A model generated the notes under the pieces. The model searched no databases. It saw only the letters and a program-made list of their open reading frames with translations, and was not told where the DNA came from. Made by a program: the position numbers and the translations under genes. This document shows positions 1 to 13,400 of a DNA stretch of 64,000 bases, piece after piece. How positions within the stretch are numbered: the stretch's first letter is position 1; each line of letters opens with the position of its first letter. The DNA comes from Dipteris shenzhenensis (Eukaryota): NCBI GenBank assembly GCA_047967505.1, contig CM106538.1. One strand, 5' to 3'.

Positions 1-719
1 ATGTAAGAGGTGCTTACTTAAGGACCTCACCTTTCTTCATTCCATAAGCAAGAATTCTCAGTTTGTGTTCACTCCATGCTTTCCTTTCAGTTTACCAACA
101 TCTTTGTTTCAACAACTTATGAATTTGAGTTTATGCAACGTCTTATTTCTATCAATACCTGCCCTATCATTTTACATAAGCTTAGCCAAGTTAGGCGTTT
201 TATAGATGATTTATTTGTACTAGATGTTCCTAACTTTCAAGACTTATGTACAAAGACACTTGTGCTTTTGGAGAAGGAATCTATCCTCGTGACTCTTGTG
301 AACTGAACCGTACTTCAAGGGGGGATTCTTGTGTTTTCTTAGATCTTAGACTTTCTCAATCTACCATAGGATTAGAGGTTAATATGTAACAACCTGAATA
401 TAGTGGTTTACGCATTATAAAAATGCCTCACATTGACTCAAACATTTTTGATTTGGCAAAATATGGAGTCATTTTTTCCCAATTTCATAGATTTTCCCGC
501 CTTTGTACAACTAAGGAGTCTTTTATTACTCAATTTAGTAATTTGATCACTTTACTATTACACAAGAGGTATAATCCAAGGAAAATAATGAAAAAAGTAT
601 GCACAATCTTAGATATGAAGTCTTTTATCTTTGGTGTATCGGCCTTAGTAATGTTTAGAATGATTGAACATAAGCTGAAAACAAAAAGCAGGGAGCTGAA
701 TAGTGTGTTTTTCTTTTAG
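1..719 (+). mobile_element. Penelope-like element (PLE) reverse transcriptase, C-terminal fragment, frameshifted
   Basis: RRFIDDLF catalytic motif (ORF 76-306), a downstream FLDL-type motif (~335-347), and thumb region MPHIDSNI..KYGVIFSQFHRFSRLCT (ORF 423-719) typical of PLE RTs. No C-terminal GIY-YIG is visible. It lies upstream of the first visible RAD1 exon, i.e. in a RAD1 intron. Confidence 0.75.
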
Positions 720-835
720 TTTCAAAAGAGAGTTTGATTGAGTATGCTTGTGCTTTCTAAGTTAGGACTGCAATTTTGCCTCTTTGTAGGAAGCGATACG
801 TAAGTGTAAAGGGTCCTTTTAGCTTTTTATGTTGT

Positions 836-841
<6 letters not shown>

Positions 842-872
<31 letters not shown>
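842..872. repeat. (AG)n microsatellite
   Basis: Uninterrupted AG run of about 15 units. Confidence 0.95.
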
Positions 873-874
<2 letters not shown>

Positions 875-1040
875 TTTATTCCAGTTTTTTGAAAGATTTT
901 GTTTTTTGTTGCTTGACTTGCTTGTTTAGTCACCTTCTTCCTTTCTTGTTTTCTCTCTTTTGTTTATTTGACGTACTTTAGTAAGCACTGGGTTTGTCCA
1001 AGAGACTCCGCGGGTCTTTAGAAACCTAGTATAGCTGCTT

Positions 1041-1089
1041 ATGCTTGGGCACTGATGACGACATAAGTGTTGCTTTGCTTGCTAAGTAT
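1041..1089 (+). ncRNA. Degenerate type I hammerhead-ribozyme-like motif in the PLE 3' region
   Basis: atgcttgggca-CTGATGA(1052-1058)-cgaca taag tgttg-ctttgct-tgctaagtat. The outer arms can pair (stem I) and there is an inner hairpin (stem II), but the GAAA box is missing. Confidence 0.35.
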
Positions 1090-1360
1090 GTCTTCCTTTT
1101 GTTTCTCATAAAAGTTTTTTGTTTACCTCTTTTTTCTTCTCTTTCATTTTCCCTTTTATTTTCTGTGTAGATTTTTGGTCTTTAGAACAACAAAAATTCT
1201 AAATTTGTATGATTGGACTTATTCTAGTCTTACAAAGGTATATAAAAGATTATAGTATCATTATTTGTAATCTTTTCTTTTCTTCTGTTTTCTGATTTAG
1301 CTGGCAGAAATAAAATGTATTGCGTTCCTTATGAAGTGAAGCTCTGATATATGGTGACAG

Positions 1361-1450
1361 GATGCAATATGCGAGTTGTCAGAGCATGGAATGGTGATAA
1401 TGGTCGAGGAATGGGCATGCTTTCAAGCACGAGTTTACTTTCGGAAAGAG
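1361..1450 (+). CDS. RAD1: RAD1 internal exon (first visible)
   Basis: gacag|GATGCA...AAAGAG|gtaat; 90 nt; [30 protein letters not shown]. Confidence 0.9.
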
Positions 1451-4400
1451 GTAATGCAGGGCTTTGTCTGTGAGTGAGCCTGAAACACACAAACACTTCT
1501 TAAGAGACAAGAAAGAGAGACACATAAGCTTAGGAAATAAGGATCTACGGTATTTGGAATGCATTGAAAGTTTTGACGTGAAGTAGTAGCTCAACTGTAG
1601 CTAATCGCTGGAGCTGATTGATGCATGTAGTGTGACTCTGACATTTTAGGCAAAGAAGAAATTTAGTTTTATCAGGGTATCTATTTGAGGCTCGTTGTTT
1701 GCATGTGCATTGTGCAGCTCTTCCGTACATACGAGTATCGAGCTGAGGTGCGGCCAAGATTTGGAGTCAGTTTGGGCTTACTGGTTGACAGTTTAAGTAC
1801 GTTCACTTCTTCTACTGGAACAACGGCTCTTGAGATACGGTACCCGGGTTCTGACATGCAACTCCTTTTGAAGTACATCTCATTCCTTCACTTTGTTTCA
1901 AAATTTAAGTAATTGGAGGTCTTGGATTGCAAATATACTGATTTCTTGAACGTCTTGAGCAAATAATATACTTCATTGTTTGATTGGAAAGGCCAAGCAG
2001 TGGCTTGTGATAGCATAGTGCATGTTATTGGAAATTTAATGTTTCCTCGCGTAATTGTCTAACTTTTTTTCGCCAGTTATTGATGGTATCCTTAAAATTG
2101 CTATTGGTATTGACTGCCTACTTTGGTACTTATTCATGTTCTACAAATACAGCTCCATGGATTGCAGGAATTATCCCTAAACTATTTATATCATGCATTC
2201 TATCTGGGAAGTGGAATATGATTTTGTGTAAGTTGCCACTTACCAATCGAGTTGAAGTTTTCTGTTTGTTTGTCCCCTGGTTGTTGGTCACTGCTGCATT
2301 GTGGCACGCCTTAAAGATATTCAGCAGTTTTATTGTGTCTGCCTGCTCATACAACCTTCCAGGAAAGTAATGATCCATGTTATATGTTCCAGCTTTATAA
2401 TTTGTACACTAGATCTCATTCATTTTGTCTAGGGCTCATGCCACCCTGTTCTTTGCTCCCAGCCACACCCTATCCTATTCGAGCTTGTTCAGTGCTGAGC
2501 TTCTTGCCCCCCCACTTTCCCTTTTTTCCTCTCTTTTTCGCCTGGCCCTACTCGCTCGGCATGGACTTCCTTGCCTGTCATGCTCGTACTCAGGGGGCTT
2601 TTTCCTTGCCAATCGGCCCTGGGCTGCCGAAATGGAGGACATACTGCCACTCCTTTCAATCATTGGATTACAGAAGGATTCTTTTGAAGGGGGCGACATC
2701 AAGTTCATGAGGCAGATTCTGCAGCAGTGACGCTGCTAGGTTGAGCTTCATTTCGCTTGTTTGGCTGGAGGTTCCCTTTTTCTACCGCATCATATTAGAA
2801 TGGTGGCTGATCCACGTGTCAGCCCCCATACGAGGACATAGGTACAGTGAATCTAGGATAGGGTTGGAGGTTACCTGGGAATTATCCTTACTGTACGGAC
2901 TGCTGTGTGGAATTCTGGTAGAGCACAAGACTTTGAAGCAGTGTTTGTAGATGCTGTAGCAAGTGCTGCAGATTCTGTACAGGATGCAGACTGTAGACTA
3001 AGGTGGGTAGGTAGGCCAGTGCTGTAGGATTGCAGCACCAATACATGCACCTATTTATAGGTGTGACTAGCAACAACAGGTTAGAAAACCGGTCGGTAGC
3101 AAGTTAGTGGACTTACTGCTGTTGGGCGGGCCAGATGTTAGAAATGACCCAACAGAGGGTACGCACAGCGGAAGATTGATAGTAATGTCCACATAGTGTG
3201 CGTGTGGGATGTGGAGTCACAAACTTCTTAAACTTGTGCATAAAATAGATGTGCAGACTTATCAATAGACAATGAACCAGCCAGATAGAGAAACCACCAA
3301 AATAATATATTTCCGTCCAAAACTATGGACACAATACAAAAGAGATAGATCCAAAGTCCTACCAATGGTGTGGTCCTCTGATCTTACCACAAGGTACTTC
3401 TCCTATCTGCTGGCTATCTCTAGACTCGAGCCTGCGTGCTCCACCTCGAGCGTCTGTAGACTTTCCGTCTAGTGTTTCTTCTCCACCTTACTGCCTGTGA
3501 ATCAGCCTAGGTGGGCAGCCCTTGCCAAGCTTTGTCTGCAGCACAGAGGTCCCCTTGGTCCTCCTGAATGTAGGCCCCAAGATAGCTGTTCCACTGCTCC
3601 AACCTGCTTGTGAATGGCTGCTCCAGAAGACATGATGATCACAACACCTTGCTGCCCTAGAAGACAGCCAAGGTCCAGCCTCTAGGGAACTCAGTCTGCA
3701 GCTCACCTTCCACTCTCCTTCACCCCCAGTGTGAGGCCCAAGGGAGTGGCTTCTGGCTGCTCCTGTCTGCTCTTGAACTTGCTGGAGAGTTGGATGATTT
3801 ATGAGGCCCAAGGCCTCTCCTTTTATAGGGCACAAGGCCCTTTCAAATGGACCGACCAGCCAGCCCTGACTAGGCCGACTGGACTGACCTGGTTGGCTGG
3901 CCCAACTGACCTGGTTGGCTCAGCCCAACCAGCCCCATTAGGGCCCTTTTGCTGGCCCCTTCCAGTGCAGGGTCCAGCCCATTGGTCCCGCCCTTCTGCA
4001 GGCCCTTTTCCAGGCCCTTCTGCAGGTCACAATCCTGCCCACAAGGCACGCCTCTGCTCCTGCTATGCTGCGCCATGTGCCAGCTCTGCTTGCAGGTCGT
4101 GTCCCTGCCTGTAGACACCCGCCATGCTGCTGTATAGGGGCCGTACCTGTCCGTACAGGTCCTGGCCTGTCCTGCCACCTTTTGTGCCTCTGCCAGGCTC
4201 TTGTGCTGCCCCGCCACCTGCTGTACACTGCCCTGCAGCAGTCTGTACTGATCCGTACAGTGGTGCCATGTCCAGGTATGTCTTGGGCAGTGCTGCCCCA
4301 CATGACAACCTTGCTGCTGTCCATGTGGCAGCCATCTCTTCTCTCTTGGCTGTGAGGTGCTGCCCATGTGGCAGCCCCCTCCCTTTTATTTCCTCTAGGC

Positions 4401-7400
4401 ACGCTGCCCACATGGCATCCAAACAGATGCCCATGTGGCAACTCTTGCCCTAGGTCTCCCTCCCCCATGCTCTCCTCATATGGGGGCTTATAGATGGGGA
4501 GGTGACCATTCCAACACCAGACACTGACTAGGTCGGCCTGATCTGTTTGGTGGATCTTGCTGACCAAGTTGGGCTAGTGAGGACAGATGATTGTCAATGT
4601 AAAGGGGGCAGAGCAGCCCCTATTTTGCATCCCACTAAAGCGTTTCCTTTAAGACACACATGAGCTGAATAGGGTGCCTTCCTTCGCATATCTATACCTC
4701 AAATTTGATCAGTTTTCCTTGTATTTTGCCCAGCACTTTGTCATAGCCTATAGGAATGGAGTGCTTGGACTATAGATTCTCAGAGACGCTTCAGTCATTT
4801 CTCTTGGATCACCTCCTGACATGTATGAAACCATGGTAGGGGAGTGAGAGAGAGAGGGAATGATCTCATGATGATGCAAGATGGTGGTGAATGTAGGCTC
4901 AAGGAAGTGGAAGGAGGTACAAATGTGGAGCAGAACGCTAAAAGCCGTCACATCAATGTACAAAGTACAAAATAAAGGGGAACCTTAGGACAGTGTTGTA
5001 GTGGTACCACTAGTACTAGGTGTCATAAGACACTAAAAGTACTAGGTGACCTAAGTGCCAATAAATAAAGCTACATGGTAGACACCAGGGCCCAGTGGGC
5101 ATCAATACGATCGGGAGATGATGGCCTGCAAACCCCCCTCCATGGTATGGGCTGAAGCATTCTGGAAACGTCTCAGAATACTTGGTATTTTCTGGTTATG
5201 GTGGCACATGTTCTTCCCGGGGGATATAGCCACCTATGAATGTACAAGGTACCCAGATCATGTAACAAAGGGAACCAAGTGTAAAGCCTGTCGAAAGACT
5301 TCAAACTTGGGACGAGAAAGTGCCTTGGTAAACATATATGCTATGTTGTCCTCTGTGGGAAGGTAGGACAACTCTCTGTCTCTTGCTGACAACCGCTCTC
5401 GAACATAATGATAGTGAACCTCAATGTGCTTGGTACGCGCATGAAACACTGGATTACGTGCAATAGCCAAAGCACTCTGGCTATTAGTGTAGACCATAGT
5501 GGAGGATGTCTGGCGGATACCAAGATCTGCAAGTAACTGTCGAAGCCAGACACTCTACTGTAGCGGTGAAGGCTGCCCTGTACTCAACCTCACAAGTGGA
5601 TGTGGCAACTGTTGGTTGCTTCTTGCTGAGCCAAGAGATACATGAACTGCCAAGCAAAAAACAGTTGCCGGTATGTGACACTCTGGTGTCGGAACAACCT
5701 GCCCAGTCACTATCTGTGTAAGCATGCATGGTAAGTGAACCCTGATCACCATAGAAGAGGGCTAAATCCTGAGTGCCTTTGAGATATCTAAAGACTCTCT
5801 TCACTGCCTGCCAATTGTGTGAACTGGGCATGTGCATGAACCTGCTGAGCTGGGATACTGTATACTGCAAGTCAGGTCTAGTGTGGCACAAGTAAATGAG
5901 ACATCTAATAGCTTGTTGGTAAAGAGTGATATCACATGGTGGGCTCCCATCATGAGTTGAAAATTTGAAGCCAGGGTCCACTGGAGTAGAGATTGGCTTG
6001 CAATCCTCAAATTGAAAACAATCAAGGAGCTGTCCAATATACTTGGACTGTGACATCATAATACCCCCCTCAACATGAGCAAACTGAATGCCCAAATAGT
6101 AGTGCAGCTGTCCCATGTTTGACATTTCAAAAGCTTGCTGCAAATCAGCCTTGAAGGCTGCAATATGCTGAGTATTAGGGCCAGTGATCAGCATGTCATC
6201 CACATATAAAATCAGCATGTCATCCACATATAAAATCAGCACTAAAAAATCAGATCCACTCCCATGGACATAAGGAGTGGGCTCTGTTGGGCTATTCTGA
6301 AAACCGAGGGATAGTAAGTGTGCATGAATTTTAGCATACCATGCCCTGGGGGCCTGCTTCAAACCATAAAGGGCTTTTCTCAGCCGGCATACCTTGTTTT
6401 TAGAGCCAACAACCTCAAAGCCAGGAGGTTGTGTCACAGAAACTTCTTCCTGGAGATCCCCATGAAGAAAGGCAGTCTTGATGTCAAGCTGGTGCACTTG
6501 CCAATGGTGATGGGCTGCAATGGCAATGACACATTGATAGTAGTAATCCTGGAAGTGGGAGCAAAGGTCTCCTCAAAGTCAATGCCTTGTTGTTGGGCAT
6601 ACCCTTTTGCAACAAGACGGGTTTTATGTCGATCTATGCTGCCATCAGATTTCCTTTTTAATTTATAGACCCACCGGGTACCAATGGCATGCTTGCCAAG
6701 AGGTAGATCTACTAATTTCCATGTGTCTTTTTGGCAATAGATTTTAGCTCAGCTCTCATTGCATCCATCCACTCTTTGTTGTCAAAAGCATCTTTATGGC
6801 ATAAAGGCTCTTCATTGCAAGCTGTATCAAGGAGTGCAAAATCAAGAAAGTGACCATGCATGTGTCTATTCCCTGATCTTGTCCGGGCAGCAAGAGGTTG
6901 ATCTTGTTTCCTGTCCCTCAATATGTCAAGAAGCCATCTGGGGACTTGCCTTTGCTGTTTATTGACAGCTCTTTCTTCAATCATTGCATCATGAATATTG
7001 GGATCATTTTGTGCTGGAAGAGGAAACTGCAAATCAGCATGGGTTGCTGGCTGATCATTGCTTGTTGGAGGGCTTGCAAGAGGCTCATGTTGCTGGTCAA
7101 AGTCCCCCCCTGAGGGAAGAAGAGGTAACCAAGAGTCAAATGCATCAAACATGTCAACTTCTGGGTTAGCTTTGCAGTCCACAAGAGGAGAAGCTGAATG
7201 GTCAGCAAAGATTACATCTCTACTAACAATAATATTCCCAGTATTTGGTTGGTACAACCGATACCCTCTGCTCTCTTGGCTGTAACCAATAAATATGCAT
7301 TTGATTGCCTTATCATCAAGCTTATGTCTCAGCTGAGATGGTACATGTACATATGCAAGAGACCCAATGTGTGAAAGTGAAGGCTTCCTATCTTTCCATG

Positions 7401-10400
7401 CTTCATAAGGTGTAACAGTCCTCATTGCCCTTGTAGGTGATCTATTCAGCACATAGTTGGCACACATCACTACATCAAGCTAAAATTTATTGGGCAAGGA
7501 CTTGGCCTTAAGCATGCTTCTGGCCATCTCCATAGTGGACCTGTTCTTTCTTTCAGGAACATGATTGTGCTGAGGAGTGTAAGGAGTAGTGCATGAGTGA
7601 ACAATGCCGCATGAAGACAACAATGCATCAAACTCCTTTGACATATACTCTCCCCCCCTATTTGTGTTGAGAGTGACAAGCTTGCATCCTGATTCATTCT
7701 CAACCATATTCAGCCACCTCTGAAAGCATGAGAACACTTCAGATTTGGCTTTTAAAACATATACCCATCAATATCTTGTGAAGTCATCAATTAGAGTCGT
7801 GAAATATTTGTACCTTCCAATGGCATTTGTCCTCATTGGGTCACAGACATCAATGTGCACTAGCTGCAATTTCCTTTGTGAGAATTTTGGACAATCTTTT
7901 TGAAAGGAAACCGATGCATCTTACCTAAAAGACAACCCTCACACACATGTTTGGAAATTGTGTGAGTTTGAGGTACATCATTTGCCATGCCCTGTGAATG
8001 TAACTTGGCAAGAGCTCTATAATTTAGGTGACCCATTCTCTCATGCCAAAGATGAGTTTCAGCAAGCTATGAATCTGAAATAGCAAATGCTTCAACAGAA
8101 AGTGCAGCTGAGTGATAATCAAGGTGATAAAGCCCCTTTTTCAAAGTGCCAGTGAGAACTATGGCATTGTCATCACCAAGATCATATACTAGGCATCTGT
8201 ATCCATCAAATATCACTTTGAAACCTAAAGTGGCAATTGCTGACATTGAAATCAAGTTAACTTCAATTCCAGGCACAAGGAGAACATTTGTCAAAGTGAT
8301 AGGATGGCTTGAAATGGATGTGAGCTGCACATCTCCGATTCCTTTTACAGCATAGGAAGCATTATTAGCACATGTGACAGTCCCCCCTCGAGGTGCATTA
8401 GCCAAGGAATGAAACAACTGTTTGCAAGAGGTTATGTGCTTGGAAGCACCACTATCAAAATACCAAGACTGAGCATCATCAGCAAAAAAGAATGCATCAA
8501 CTTTGGAGGGATCAAAAGAGCAATGGACAGGCCATGCCCAATCATCCTGGAGAGCATGTGCATGTGAGGCATCTGCTGGCTCATGGAATTCAATTGCATG
8601 TGAGGCATTTACTGTCAATCCTGCTTTCTTCTTCTCTGAAGTACTGCGCTTCCTGCATTCTGAAATTTCATGCCCTGGCTAGCGACAATAGTTGCATCTT
8701 TTCTTCTTGGACTTATCTGCTGTATTTTGAGATACATTGGAGGAATTGCCACTGTTAGGCACATATTTAGGCTTGCCCATAGGCTTGGAAGCCTTGCCTT
8801 TTCCTTTCTGCTGTGAAGCAAATGCATGATAAGGAACAGTAGCTTGCCTATTAGCACGACTTTGCTCTTCCTGCAAAAGCAAAGTGACTAATTGATCAAA
8901 TGAGTAGTGATCAGGATTTCCATTGGCTACAAGTTAAGGGTTGTAGCAAACCCTTGATATGTGTTTGGCAGTCCATTCAATGTAGTGCTAACAAGCTGAG
9001 AATTAGGCACTACTTCATCAATATTTGCAAGTTGCTCCATGAGGTCCTTGACCTTTGTTAAATATGTATCCATTGAGTCACTTTCCTGCATGCTGAGTTC
9101 TTGCAATTTGTCTTCTCAAATATGCAACCCGTGCCTCATTGCGAACCTGATAAAGAGAAGCTAGCTTATCCCAAGCATCCTTTGCTGTCCTGCATGACCG
9201 GATGTGTGGAATAATGATTCTCCTGCATGATAAGGCAATACATGAGTGTGCATTTGCATCTCCAGAGTCCCATCTGATCTGATCTTGAGTAGGAGTAGTA
9301 GTGACATGAGTACTAGAGGAAGAAGAGTCAGGAAGATTCCCCCCCTGGAGGAGTGCGAGTAGTAGGGGCAGCCACTTGAGCATTGGCTGGCCTCAAATCA
9401 ATACGTGAAACAATATTCCAAAAGTTTCTTGCAACTAGAATATGCTTCATAAGGTAGGACCACATAGGATAGTTGGTGCCATCCAACTTATCATCCTCAC
9501 GGAGAGCGCCAAACAAATCATTGTTGTGGCCAGCCATTGTAAATAGCACAAGTAAAGTGCACTGACCAAGTGATGCAAAACTAGCCTCAAGGCTTTCAAT
9601 TGCAAATGTGACCAAATGAGAGCTGAATCAAAGGAAGATCACTAAGGCAAAAGCCCCACAATCTGAAAGGGCAAAATGGCAAAAAAGAGGGCAAATGTGG
9701 AAAAGCCCCAAATTAAGCTACAACTTTGCAAATGTGACTAAATGTCTTGCAATTTCTTGTCAATTTCACTAAAAACTGCCAATTTCAGATTAAAGCAGGT
9801 AAATGTCACTGCTATTTGAGAAAATGTGACAAAATAACCTGCAGATCTGAGAATATCCTGCAATCTGACTGCACTGTCTTGCAAAAATGCCAAAATAGAC
9901 CAATCTGACTGCTAGAGATAGCAAATGTCAGATTCTCTCACTCAAATTGAGAGAAAAAGTACCTGCAAATCTGCCAAAGGCCTTGTCCTTTGCAAAATTG
10001 AAGCTCAATTTAAAAAGTCCTAATTTCTAAAGGGCAAAGTGTAGCAAAAGAAGCCAAATTAAGGAAAAGGTCCCAAAAATTGCTGCAAATTGGCAATCTG
10101 ACATCAAAGCACTCAAAAGCCCCAATTTTGGAGATAAAATTGAGCCAACAAATGGCAAGTACTGCAAAAGCCCAAAAAATGTGTCCGAAGGAGCAAATGT
10201 CACTGCAAAACGTGCAAATGTGACACAAGAGCCCCAAATTTCAACTATCCTTGATAATATAACTGCAAACCTGCAAATCTAAGCCAATGGAATGCAAAGG
10301 TGAACGAAGAATTTCGCAAGTTGTACATCGCTACGCAAGCTGTGCGGATGAACGCCCAAATCTGACGCAAGTTGAACGAAAACTGGTGCAGGCTTGTAAG

Positions 10401-13400
10401 GAAGATTAGCGCAGGGTTGTATGGAAGATTGACGCAGGGCTGTATGGAAGATTTGCAGGAATCGTACAAATGTTCTCATAGTTGGCGATGCAAAACGTAG
10501 ATCATGGACGAAGCCTCCATGGAGCTGTGCAAGGGTGGGCAAGCAGAGGAGGGGAAGAAGCACCAGGAGCAAGAAGCTGCTCTGATACCATTGTAGGCTC
10601 AGGGAAGTGGAGGGAGGTACAAACGTGGAGCAGAACGCTGAAAGCCGTCACATCAACCTTGTGAAATGAAAGTACAAAGTACAAAATAAAGGAGAACCCT
10701 AGGACAGTGTCTAGTGGTACCACTAGTACTAGGTGTCATAAGACACTAAAAGTACTAGGTGACATAAGTGCCAATAACTAAAGCTACATGGCACATACCA
10801 GGGCCCAGAGGGCATCAATACGACCAGTAGATGATGGCCTACAGTGAAAGGTGGAGACATATGGAGGCAAAAATACTTAGTTGATATCAAAGTACAAGAG
10901 TTACCTCCTTTTGTAGACAAAAATAGCCTTTTCTTCCACACATACCATATGGATGATGTCAGTGAGATGATGTCACACAATCATATCAAATCTAATCTAC
11001 TCCCAAAGGTCAAGTATCCTTTCAAACTCTAAAGGGACAAACCCAAACCCCTTTCACACTTGCACTCAAACTGGAGACCTAGTTCTAACACTTCACTATG
11101 AAATACCCAACAAACCCCCCTTTGGAGCAAAGGTGGTGAGTTCAGAATGCAAAAGAAGCAACTAGTCTCCAATTCCATCTCATCAGTGCAGAGAGGCGTC
11201 TTATGCATGTGTACCTCCCGAGCCATGCATTCCCCTCAATTAGCTTATGACGGAAGCTAAGATTATTAAGCCAAGTACAAGCATACAATAACAGTTGACA
11301 AGTACAGACATTTGCACGAACAACTCGGATGGGAATGATATTATGGTTCAGACATTGAAAGCAGTAGCTGCCAACTATAAGTGGCCCAACTATAAGTAGT
11401 TTGTTTCTCTCAATGGAGACTTGGAAGATGAAGTCTATGTGGAGCAGCCGCAACAATTTCAGACTAAGAGAACCATGTGACAAAATATGAAGAGGGGAGA
11501 GGAGAAGAGTGGAGATGAGGAGAGAGGGCACAACTAGAGAGCACACCACAAATGACTAACTGTACACTAGATTTAGTTGAAAAAATAGAATATATACAAA
11601 CCTTTTTAGGGTTAGGGTTAGGGGATCTAACCCTTTCCTTTATAGCACTCTATAAGGTTAGTGCTATGCACATATGATCACGTGATGGTGCTATGCACAC
11701 ATGATCACATGATGTTGAGCGTGAACTCTCAACACCTTCCCTCAAGATCAACATCATGAAGTAGGCCTTCCCTCAAGACGATGATTCTGGGGAATCGAAG
11801 AAGGACTGAGCATTATATTCCATCACACACTTTAATGGGAATGTCCTTCCTCTGCGTCAAACCAAGAGCTAATCGGTGTTTCTCGAATAGCTCTTTACCG
11901 AGTGGTTTGGTAAAGATGTTTGCAACATTTTCTTTGCTATCACAATGCTGCAGTGTGATGTCACCAAGTAACACTCTTTCTCTGATGAAGTGCTCTCTGA
12001 CATCAATGTGCTTTGTTAGAGTGATATATTGGATTTTTGGCCAATGCTTGAGCCGATTGATTATCATAGTATATTGTTGTTGGCTTTGACTCATCAAAGT
12101 AATCTGTTTCTGACAATAGTCTTCTGAGCCATATAACCTCACATGCACCTATAGTGAGTGCTCTATATTCTGCTTCAGTCGAAGACAAAGAAACAGTTGG
12201 TTGTTTGTTTGACAACCATGATATAGCACCGTGACCAAGGAAAAATGCATATCCTTGTGTCGATCTCCTGGTCTCATGATCTCCAGCATAGTCACTGTCA
12301 CAGTATCCATGCAACCGTGGATGACTTCCTTTGTATTCTATCCCAAACTGTCTTGTATCTCTGATGTATCTCAAGACTCTTTTGGCTGCATTCCAATGAG
12401 ACTGTTTTGGATTTGCCATAAACTGTGCTAGTGAGCTTACTGCATAACAAATATGTGGCTGTGTGATTGTCAGATATATAAGAGATCCAATGAGTTGCCT
12501 GTAGTATCTGTCATTGACTGTAGGCTTTTTTGAATCTTTAGTAAGTTTCAAACTCTGTTCCATGGGAGTGGTTGCAATCTTGCAATCTGCCATATGAAAC
12601 TTCTTCAGGAGACTGTCAACATACTTGAGCTGACTCATGAATGTGCTATCTGAATCTCTCCAGAACTCAATTCCAAGACAATAGTGCATAAGTCCAAGAT
12701 CTTTCATGTCGAACGCTGCAGATAAGTCTTGTTTCAATTTTCTGATGAAGCTATCCTTGCTTCCTGTCACAATCAGATCATCTACGTACAAAAGTGTAAT
12801 AGTAATGTCTTCCCCTTGAACTTTGTAGTAGAGAGTATGATCTGCATTGGATTTCATGTATCCCAGATCAGCAAAATACTTGTCAATTCTGCTGTACCAA
12901 CTTCTGGGTGCTTGTTTTAAGCGGTAGAGACTTTTCTTGAGATGGCAAACCTTATTCTCCTTTCCTGGTTCAACATAACCTCTGGTTGTTGCATGTAGAC
13001 TTCCTCGTCTAGACAACCATTGAGAAATGCATTCTTGACATTAAGCTGATACACATTCCATTTGCTAAGTGTCGCTAGTGATATCAAGAATCGTATGGAA
13101 TCCATCTTTGCTACTGGAGCATAAGTCTCATCATAGTCTTGACCATATTGTTGTGCAAATCCTTTTGCAACTAATCTGGCTTTATATCTCTGAATACTGC
13201 CATCTGGATTGTACTTCACTTTGTATACCCATTTGTTTGCTATGGCCTTATTTCCTAGTGGAAGGTCGCACAATTCCCAAGTATTATTCTTATACAAAGC
13301 ATCCATTTCTTCATTCATAGCAGTTTGCCATTCTGGCTTGTCTACTGCGTCTTCAAAGTACACTGGCTCTTCTGTAGCCATGATGGTAGTCATAAGAGCA

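Larger units (their letters stand above)
4892..10843 (-). mobile_element. Ty1/copia LTR retrotransposon 1, full length, decayed
   Basis: LTRs 4892-5130 and 10592-10843 (TG...CA); TSD GTGAA (4887-4891, 10844-10848); tRNA-iMet PBS (gctctgatacca ending 10590); PPT next to 5131; gag-PR-INT-RT-RH order. Confidence 0.97.

Noticed and set aside
1379-2378. Chain of minus-strand ORFs that could be read as a decayed gene
   Set aside because: They are antisense shadows of RAD1 exons 1361-1450 and 1718-1872 and adjacent intron sequence; no motif support.
3488-4567. Many overlapping 100-200 aa ORFs on both strands
   Set aside because: GC-rich repetitive non-coding sequence with few stops; no domain motifs.
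10579-10590. tRNA-like sequence TGGTATCAGAGC (also at ~18444, ~50131, ~55160)
   Set aside because: These are primer-binding sites complementary to the tRNA-iMet 3' end, not tRNA genes.
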